This document shows positions 54,688 to 64,000 of a DNA stretch of 64,000 nucleotides, piece after piece. Below the pieces are notes generated by a model, which was not told the origin of the DNA, searched no databases, and was given only the letters and a program-made list of their open reading frames with translations. Position numbers and translations under genes: made by a program. Each line of letters starts with the position of its first letter. The first letter of the stretch is position 1. The stretch covers positions 26,063,011 through 26,127,010 of the forward strand of contig CM119264.1 in assembly GCA_051294375.1 (NCBI GenBank), read 5' to 3'. Source of the stretch: Paraspadella gotoi (lineage: Eukaryota > Animalia > Chaetognatha).

Positions 54688-56891
54688 TGGGCGTGGTATC
54701 ATTTTTTTGGCCGTGGGTGGAAAGACAAAGGTTGGTTTGGTTTGGCGGACGAATTTCAAGAGAGAAAGAGTGAGAGAGAGATACAAATTAATTGATCCCT
54801 GAAAACCCGGTTTGCTTTTTTAGAAGGCTGAAAATTAGTGACGTGTCGTCCCCAACTGGATGATAAATTTGTTTAATACAAATATTAATTTTATTCTTTT
54901 TAAGGTTTAGTGGCTCACAATATTACTTTCAGTTTCCCTGACAAAAATTTTTTTAAAAAATGATCGGGAGCCACTAAATCTTTTCGCCAAGCAGCAGAGG
55001 AAGCAAGCACCTCTGCCAAGCAAATGTTTTTATCCGAGTGAAGACGCTAGAGTAGAATAGGTTCGCAAGAATCCATTAGAGATTTTCAAAGAGTTTGATT
55101 TGCGCTTTCTAGACTTTGAAACAAAACACACGAGCGATCGCAATTCTCGTTTGTATTCTCAACCTGAAATAAGACAAAAAACAAACAAAAACACGAACAA
55201 AACAAAAAACACACAAAAAAAACAACCGCACGCCTTTCGTTGATTGTACTTTTATCGTAAATGTCGAAGTAAATAATAAAACAAACGTGATTAACTGCGA
55301 ACATATCTTCTTTTTACGAGTTTTATCGAGGCAGAGTTTCTTCTGGGTTTTTTTTTTTTTTTTTTTTATCGATATTTAGATTCATCAGGCGGAAAAAGAA
55401 AGTGAGAGAATCCTTGAACCAAATTCAGCGGAAACGAACGGCGGGAAATCTGGTCCGCGAAGGGTGTCGTCGTTGTTGTTGTCGTTGTCATTGTTGATGT
55501 CTTCGTCTTTGTGTTCTTCGTCGTTTTCGTCGTATCTTACCGTTTTTTATTTTAAATTTTGTTACCTTCATATTTTTCTTTACGCGGTTTATTGTCTCCA
55601 CTAAGAGAGGCTGAAAAACTGGTAATATTTCCCAGATGTCTTTTTAACATACGAACATTCATCTTTAACGTGAGCTTCTCCCCCGGAATGTGTTTTAAGC
55701 AAAATCAGCGAATTTTGAGGTAAAGAGCAGTCGGATATTATCTTCGTATAAGCGAACACAGATTCTTTCTTTTCCTTTTATTTCTTCCTTTCTTAATTGA
55801 GCTCGACCCATTTTCTTCTCGTAACCTTCACCTATTTTGCTTTCCTTTTTTTCCTCTACTTTCTCTCTCTCTCTCTTCTTCTACTCTCTCTCTCTCTCTC
55901 TCTCATCTTCTCTCTCTCTCTCTCTCTCTCTTCTCTTCCTCTCTCTCTCTGATCCAAGTGAATAGGAGTCCTTCCTTAAACCACAAAAAAAAATCACGAT
56001 TTTTTCTAAATAAGAAAAAGGACGGAGGGATTTTCCGGCTAATCTAAAGAAAAAATAACAAATGATAATGTTTAACTACGAATGTAGGTCTCCGTTTCAT
56101 ATCTCTTAATCTCATTCTATTTATAGTTTTAAACTCACCACCCACTGCTCTCTCTCATTGTACGAATGTACGGTCAGAATCCGTCCGTCCCTCGTCCGAG
56201 TGGAACCAACCGGTCCCCTTTCTCCCTCGGGCTCCTTTGACCGTCTAAGTCGCCCGGTGCAGGAGCAGGTGGAAAAATAGGAGAGGGATGGGTTGGGGGT
56301 AAGGAGCGAACGGGGTGAAGAGGGTGAGTCAAGAGAAGGTAAGAGAAGCAGGGCGAGGTTCATCTGAGATGGGGAAGGAAAGTTGGTTTGGGATTGAGCA
56401 AAGAGAGAACGAGTGACTTTAAAACGAGTCATAGTGGAAGTATTTAGAGATGTAGCGGAAGTATTTCATACCAGATGAGATCGGGTCGAGTCATGGCTCA
56501 AGGGATATGAAGTTGGGTCGGGGTCAAAGAGTGAACTGGTGACTGGAAAGCTGATTATGCAGGTAATATTTAGGGAATACAGGTCAGGACAAAAGGTAAG
56601 TTCAAGGTTTGGTAGAACCTGGTGAACCTGGTGTGGTTGTTGTGGCAGGAAGAGAGCGTCCACTGTTTTTTGGAAGAAGAAGAAATGGTTGGAAGGACAA
56701 AAAGAAATAAAAGAAGAAGAAGAAAGAAAAAGAAAGAAGAAGAAAGAAGAAGAAGAAGAAGAAATAGAAGAAGACGGAAGGAGCAGCGGTTAGACCCGTG
56801 AGTCTCAATCACTCAAGGAAGTTGACAGTTAGGTGCGCCGGAGGAGGAAGAAGAGGAGGAGAAGAAGGAGGAAGAGGAGGACGAGGAGGAT

Positions 56892-57225
56892 GAGAGAAAG
56901 TCGGATCCTCGGAGAAAATCACTTAACCAAAACCACTTAAAAAAAGAAGGAGAGAAAAAAACGGAAAAAGAGGAAATAAAAATTGGAAACCAGAAAAAAA
57001 GAGGAAAAAAGGATTACAGAAAGGGAGANNNNNNNNNNNNNNNNNNNNNNNNNATGTTGAGAGAGATGAAGAGGAAGGACCAGGATATTGAGAGAAAGTC
57101 GGATCCTCGGAGAAAATCACTTAACCAAAACCACTTAAAAAAGAAGGAGAGGAAAAAAACGGAAAAAAGAGGAAATAAAAATTGGAACCAGAAAAAAAGA
57201 GGAAAAAAGGATTACAGAAGGAGAG
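56892..57225. repeat. Short direct duplication around a 25-N gap
   Basis: GAGAGAAAGTCGGATCCTCGGAGAAAATCACTTAACC... occurs at ~56893 and ~57090; the gap is 57029-57053. Confidence 0.85.
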
Positions 57226-57445
57226 GGAAAGGAAGAGAGAGGAAGAGAGAGAGTGGAGAAAGAAAGAAAAGAAAAAGAAAGAAGAAAGAAAAGAAAGAAA
57301 GAAAGAAAGAAAGAAAAAAGAAAGAAAAAAAAAGGAAGGAAGGAAGGAAAGGAAGGAAGGAAGGAGGAAGGAAGGATAGGAAAGAGGAAGAGATGAAGGA
57401 AAGAAGAAGAAAAAAAGAGAGAAGAGAGAGAGAGACGAAGAGAGA

Positions 57446-57481
<36 letters not shown>

Positions 57482-57819
57482 AGCGAGAGTGAGTGAAGTG
57501 ACGGAGCGAGAGACGGAGGAGAGAGAGTAAGAAAAAGTGGCAGAGGCCGAGCGTTTGGCAAATTGGCAGAAATCGGCGAGAGAGGAAATGAAGCTCTCGT
57601 TTAAGGAAAAAAAAGGAGGAAAAGGAAAAGAAAAAAAGAGGAAAGAGGAAAGAAAATTAAAAAGAGAAGAAAAAAGAAAAAGAATTGGAAAAAAAAAAGA
57701 AACGAGTGAAAAAAGAAAGAAAGAAGAGAAAGGAAAGTAAAGGAAACTAAGTCAAACTCCGTCGTTAAACTTAACTCGAATTCATCGGAAACTCCACTTT
57801 TGGCCGAAAAAGGAATAAA

Positions 57820-58641
57820 CATGCAGTCGAGTCGTGAACTCATGAGTTCGGCTCACGGACTCTGGTCGTGCTTGAGCCGCTGAACTGCAAGGCTCCTTGC
57901 AAACAGCTAGTGGGGTTAGCTTATCGGTTTTGAATTTTGTCAATATAAGTATTTGTATTTGAATACATACCCGCTTGTTTTTAAGCTGTTCTGTTTAGCT
58001 TACTGGTTCCATAGATTTGACTTATGCTTTCAGCTCATGGTTTTCGGCTTTCGGTAAAAAAACCGATAAACTTTATCCATTGGGAAGCAAAGGTTTAGAG
58101 TGAGAAGAAAAGGTGTTGCTTATATATTAGATATATATATATATAAGACAGACGGAAAAAACAGAAAAAGAAAAAAAAAGAAAAACGGAAAAAGAAAAAT
58201 TAGAGCCACATTAAACACAATCATATCCGTTGAAAATGATTGTTTATTTAAATCTCGATTCTCACGAAATGTCATAAATAAAAATGAAACAAATAGGTTC
58301 ACTCCTCTTCACCCCTTCACTCCATTATATCCCCACCTTTAACTCCTTACCCTTTGCCACTCTCAGCCACTCCTCGGCTCTCGGGGCAGATTTCTCTCTT
58401 CGGAAAAAGTAAACGGATTTCTTGGAAATTCTATTAAATCTTTTTCCGTTCGCAGAAGGAAGGGTTTTTTCGGCCGGGTGGTTGGATGGCTCCGGGTGGC
58501 GGGTGGAAATGAGTGGATGGGGGATGGGATAAATGATGGAAAAGACCCGAATGCACCATAACCCTGTTGAACCTAAACAAACTTGACCTTTTGGAGGGAG
58601 AAGGGACGTTTTAAAAACTCCTCGCTGTCCCTTCAATTATT

Positions 58642-58694
<53 letters not shown>

Positions 58695-59029
58695 TTTGGT
58701 TAAAAAAATAAAGAACGGCGCAAAGCTCCTAACGACTGAGCTAAGAAGTATCGACACCTGCTCAAACCTGACAAAGACGGATTGATAAGCGGTCCTTTCC
58801 TTTTCTCCCCGGCGACAGTTCAGAATAAAGGTTTGCCAAAAAAAGAATAAACGCTCTGAAAAATTTTTAAGTGGTATTATAATTGTTATTATTATTGTTA
58901 TTATTATTTCCTAGGACAGAAATAACAGATATTAGTGAAAGCTTTACACTTGAGAGTCCCTACGAAGTCACGAAAATGTTTAATGTTTTCCGAATGATAA
59001 AGCCAACGCGAATCAATCTCTCTATCTCT

Positions 59030-59064
<35 letters not shown>

Positions 59065-59863
59065 AAAGAGAGAATATGCATCGATCGTGAACTATGAGTT
59101 CGGCTCACGGACTCTGGTCGTGCTTGAGCCGCTGAACTGCAAGCCCTCCTGCAAACAGCTAGTGGGTAGCTTATCGGTTTTGAATTTGTCATATAAGATT
59201 TGTATTTGAATACATACCCGCTTGTTTTAAACTGTTCTGTTTAGCTTACTGGTTCCATAGATTTGACTTATGCTTTCACTCATGTTTCGGCTTTCGGTAA
59301 AAAAAACCGATAACTTTATCCATTGGAAGCAAAGGTTTAGAGTGAGAAGAAAAGGTGTTGCTTAATATATTAGATTATTATATATAAGACAGACGGAAAA
59401 AAACAGAAAAAGAAAAAAAAGAAAAACGGAAAAAGAAAAATTAGAGCCACATTATAACACATCAATACGTTGAAATGATTGTTTATTAAATCTCGATTCT
59501 CACGAAATGTCATAAATAAAAATGAAACAAATAGGTTCCATCTCTCACCCTTCACTCCATTATATCCCACCTTTAACTCTTACCTTTTGCCATTCTCACC
59601 ACTCCTCGCTCTCGGGCAGATTTCTCTCTTCGGAAAAAGTAAACGGATTTCTTGGAAATTCTATTAAATTTTTCCGTCGAGAAGGAGGGTTTTTCGGCCG
59701 GTGGTTGATGGCTCCGGTGGCGGGTGGAATGATGGATGGGGATGGGATAATGATGGAAAAGACCCGAATGCACCATAACCCTGTGAACCTAAACAAACTT
59801 GACCTTTTGGAGGGAGAAGGGACGTTTTAAAAACTCCTGCTGTCCCTTACAATTATTTTCTCT

Positions 59864-59911
<48 letters not shown>

Positions 59912-59922
59912 TCTCTGCTTCG

Positions 59923-59955
<33 letters not shown>

Positions 59956-60288
59956 CTTTTGGTTAAAAAAAATAAAGAACGGCGCAAAGCTCCTAACGAC
60001 TGAGCTAAGAAGTATCGACACCTGCTCAAACCTGACAAAGACGGATTGAATAAGCGGTCCTTTCTTTTCTCCCCGGCGACAGTTCAGAATAAAGGTTGCC
60101 AAAAAAAGAATAAACGCTCTGAAAAATTTTAAGTGTATTATAATTGTTATTATTATTGTTATTATTATTTCCTAGGACAGAAATAACAGATATTAGTGAA
60201 AGTTTTACACTTGAGAGTCCTACGAAGTCAAGAAATGTTGAATGTTTCCGAATGATAAAGCCAACCGCGAATTCAATTCTCTCTATCT

Positions 60289-60300
<12 letters not shown>
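57820..60300. repeat. ~1.25 kb tandem duplication (57820-59065 / 59075-60300)
   Basis: The copies are colinear and differ mostly by single-base indels; the MLLLLLLLFPRTEITDISESFTLESP ORF appears at 58883 and 60144. Confidence 0.9.
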
Positions 60301-60379
<79 letters not shown>

Positions 60380-60383
<4 letters not shown>

Positions 60384-60551
60384 GTGTCCCAGAAATCATC
60401 AGTTTTCGCTCCACATAACGAAACTCTGCCCCCCCCCCCGCCCTCCCCCGCGGCCGCTCGGGCGGAGGGAAAGAAGATTGATTAAAATCCTCCGCCGAAG
60501 TTGCAATGAATAAAGTGAGAAACGAGAAAATTTCTGTTTTGACAAATGGAG

Positions 60552-60623
<72 letters not shown>

Positions 60624-60706
60624 GTGAACTCCCTCTCGATCTCTCGCTGGAAGAAGAGGAAAAGGGGAAAGGAGAGCGTTGACATTTTGAGAATGGTGCA
60701 AAATAG

Positions 60707-60781
<75 letters not shown>

Positions 60782-61117
60782 AGAGAGAGCGAGAGGGCGA
60801 AGTGATGCAAACTCCTGATGAGTTGAAGCCAAATGGTTGAAAAGGAGGAAGGAGATGAAAATACAGAATGAATCTTTTAAGTAGTATGGAGGAATCTTGG
60901 AGATAGAATGATGAGATGAGGATGAAGATTGATTACGCAGGCAAAAGGAGATTAGAAGACGGTGATAAATTTATTAATTTAATTGGTTATGTAACCAAAT
61001 TGAAGACGATTATAAAGAAGGATGGAGATGAAATGTCGTTTAGAATATGACGCAATTTTACTAAAGTGCGGTGTCAATGAGTGACAAATCTANNNNNNNN
61101 NNNNNNNNNNNNNNNNN

Positions 61118-61195
<78 letters not shown>

Positions 61196-61366
61196 GTCGT
61201 GTCTCCCAGAAATCATCAGTTTTCGCTCCACAATAACGAAACTCTGCCCCCCCCGCCCTCCCCCCCCGCGGCCGCTTCGGGCGGAGGGAAGAGATTGATT
61301 AAAATCCTCCGCCGAAGTTGCAATGAATAAAGTGAGAAACGAGAAAATTTCTTGTTTTGACAAATG

Positions 61367-61439
<73 letters not shown>

Positions 61440-61582
61440 TGGGTGACTCCCTCTCGATCTTCGCTGGAAGAAGAGGAAAAGGAGGAAAGGAGAGCGTTGA
61501 CATTTTGGAGAATGGTGCAAAAATAGAGAGAGAGAGAGAGAGAGAGAGAGGAGGAGAGAAGGGAGCGGAGAGAGGAAGAGAG

Positions 61583-61620
<38 letters not shown>

Positions 61621-61932
61621 AGAGAGAGCGAGAGGGCGAAGTGATGCCAAACTCCTGATGAGTTGGAAGCAAATGGTTGAAAAGGAGGAAGGAGAATGAA
61701 AATACAGAATGAATCTTTTAAGTAGATGGAGATCTTGGAGATAGAATGATGAGATGAGGATGAGAGTGATTACGCAGGCAAAAGGAGATTAGAAGACGGT
61801 GATAAATTACATTAATTAATTTGGTTAGGTAACCAAATTGAAGACGAATTATAAAGAAGGATGAGATGAAATGTCGTTTAGAATATGACGCAATTTACTT
61901 CAAAGTGCGGTGTCAATGAGTGACAAATCTAA
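60380..61932. repeat. ~0.72 kb tandem duplication around a 25-N gap
   Basis: GTCGTGTC..CCAGAAATCATCAG to GTGACAAATCTA occurs at 60381-61092 and ~61196-61931; the gap is 61093-61117. Confidence 0.9.
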
Positions 61933-63529
61933 AGTTTAATTGCATAATGGACCCAATAGTATAGATTCACATCCGCATATATTAGATGACACACTTACAA
62001 GTAATTCTTCCCTGACTTTGCCAGACTCGGATCATTGAAAACATCATAGATTCATGACACTAATGTTGTACTCGTGGTTATCCTCAACCGTACCACCCTG
62101 GGCGTTAGTGGATCGGCGAGGCCGGGCGTCACCCCTCAGAGCTGCATCAAGCCAGAACGACCCGTCGACATTGTATGACGTAACGAGGGGTTATGAAGTG
62201 ACGGATAGTCAACTCACACGACTAGAGACGCACATCTCGTTACCAGTCACAGATTTAGTAACCTGGCAATTGCAACATGGATTAACCTACGTCACATCCC
62301 AGGTAGGTCCTCAGAGTCCGACGATCCTTCGTTAAGAGACGTCCAGTACGGCCGGCGAGCGTCACTAGGCCACCACAGTATGCCTATGGGCACACGCACG
62401 CGCTGTTGCCATACAGTATTAAAAAAAAATTAGAGCAATTAGCAACTCGTATTCATCGATCAAGAACAAAACGGAGGATGACAAAAGCGTCATTTAGGAC
62501 GTGGACGATGATAACAACAATGATGACTGAATAGTAACAACTATTTGACGGAAACACAATCAGTGTTGTCCTAAGACCGGGACACAATCAGAGAATTGAA
62601 AAGCCGGGGAAAACGGCTCACGTGTCAAACATTCGACGACGACTGACTGCGACAGCAAACGAAAACACGAGCCGAGACAGTGTTCTGACGTCAAGGGCGT
62701 TGGACCGTTTTTTTCACCTCAACTCATTTTTTCTGGGAGATCGATTTTCCGGCTAGAAAAAAAAAAAATCGGAGGAGAAATGCCGCGTCCCAAACGTGAC
62801 ATATTTTTTTTTTTGGGTTTGGAGGAGAAAATGAGGCGGAGGATTCGGTGTGAGGAAAAGTTTGGTGAAGCGAATTTGAGCGAATTATATTTGGTGAATG
62901 AAATTTGAGTGAATGATATTTGGTGGAATGAAATTTGGAGAAAGAAGAAGAAAAGAAGCCCTTATGAGGGTCAGCGCCATTCGGGAGGATGAGATTGATT
63001 AAAGAAATAGAGAAGAGAAATAGGAGCTGTTGAGGAAATGACCATCACCGGTTTTTCTTTTAAAAGTCATAGACTACCTATTTCCGGAGGTTGAGAAGGG
63101 TTTGGTGCGGGAAAAAGAAAAGATGACAAAAAAGATTAATCTCTTTCCAATAATAGTTAGAAAATTGTACGTAATTGCGCTGAACGATTACACCGAAAAA
63201 AAAATTGACCATAGATGTTTTTTCACGTTTAAACGGCAAATCGAACATCTTTTTTTTGAACGTAAATTGTTGCTCAGATCGAATATTGGTTATAAAAGAA
63301 TGTATTAAAATTCTGAAATTTCTTTAATACCAAATTTCCCCAAATTGTAACAGGCGTATTCCAAGCTTTCCGTCTCTCTATTTTCTCTGCTCTTCTCTCT
63401 CGCTTCTCCTCTCCCACCTACTTTCTCTCTCTCCTCTCTCTCTCTCTCCTCTCTTCTCCCCTCTCTCTCTCTCTCTTCTCTCTCTCCTCTCTCTCTCTCT
63501 CCCTCTCTCTCTCTCTCTCACTCTCTCTC

Positions 63530-63631
<102 letters not shown>

Positions 63632-64000
63632 GCTCTCCTCACGTCAGCAGCCAGCGATGATTGCTTCGGCGGCGGAGACGATAGGGGTCGACGATACTCA
63701 TCTTTGTTTGTATTGAATTCCTAGAGAATTGTTTTCAATCAACTTCTTCAGATGGAAATATTCTATGAAAATATGGGGGCAAGAAATCGATAAGAGAGAA
63801 GAGGGAGAATTAGAGAGAGGAGCCGAGAGAGAGAGAGAGAGAGAGAAGACGAAGAGTGAGTGAGAGAGAGAGAGAGTGTGTGCGAACCGGGCTGATCGTC
63901 GATAGGGGGAGAAAAGAGAAAGGGGAATGAAATAAAGAAAGAAAAAACGAGAAGAAGAAAAAGATTGAAAAAAAGAAAAAGAAAGAAAGGAACAAAGATT

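Overview
Eukaryotic, most likely animal, genomic DNA from a gappy draft assembly. It has GT-AG introns, GC/CpG-rich exons, AT-rich spacers and very abundant (AG)n, (GAC)n and (GAAA)n repeats. Three intron-containing genes are supportable. (1) A PIPOX/peroxisomal sarcosine oxidase-like gene on the minus strand (about 3780-6298) with a roughly 100-codon low-complexity insertion. (2) A two-exon EamA/SLC35G-like transporter (33712-35041). (3) A roughly 20-exon class II-type myosin heavy chain (39162-54687) with intact motor motifs but only about 200 aa of helical tail followed by a non-helical C-terminal segment, giving about 1160 aa instead of about 1950. Non-coding structure includes a 3 kb foldback element with roughly 830 bp terminal inverted repeats, whose empty site is visible in a third copy of the locus. 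There is also a hairpin MITE, a 23-bp TCACGTGA (E-box) tandem array inside a myosin tail intron, a 1.2 kb inverted duplication and a palindrome-dense segment. Several tandem duplications abut 25-N gaps and are probably assembly or haplotype artefacts. Frameshifts in coding exons look like long-read indel errors. All exon boundaries and identities were judged by eye, with no database search.
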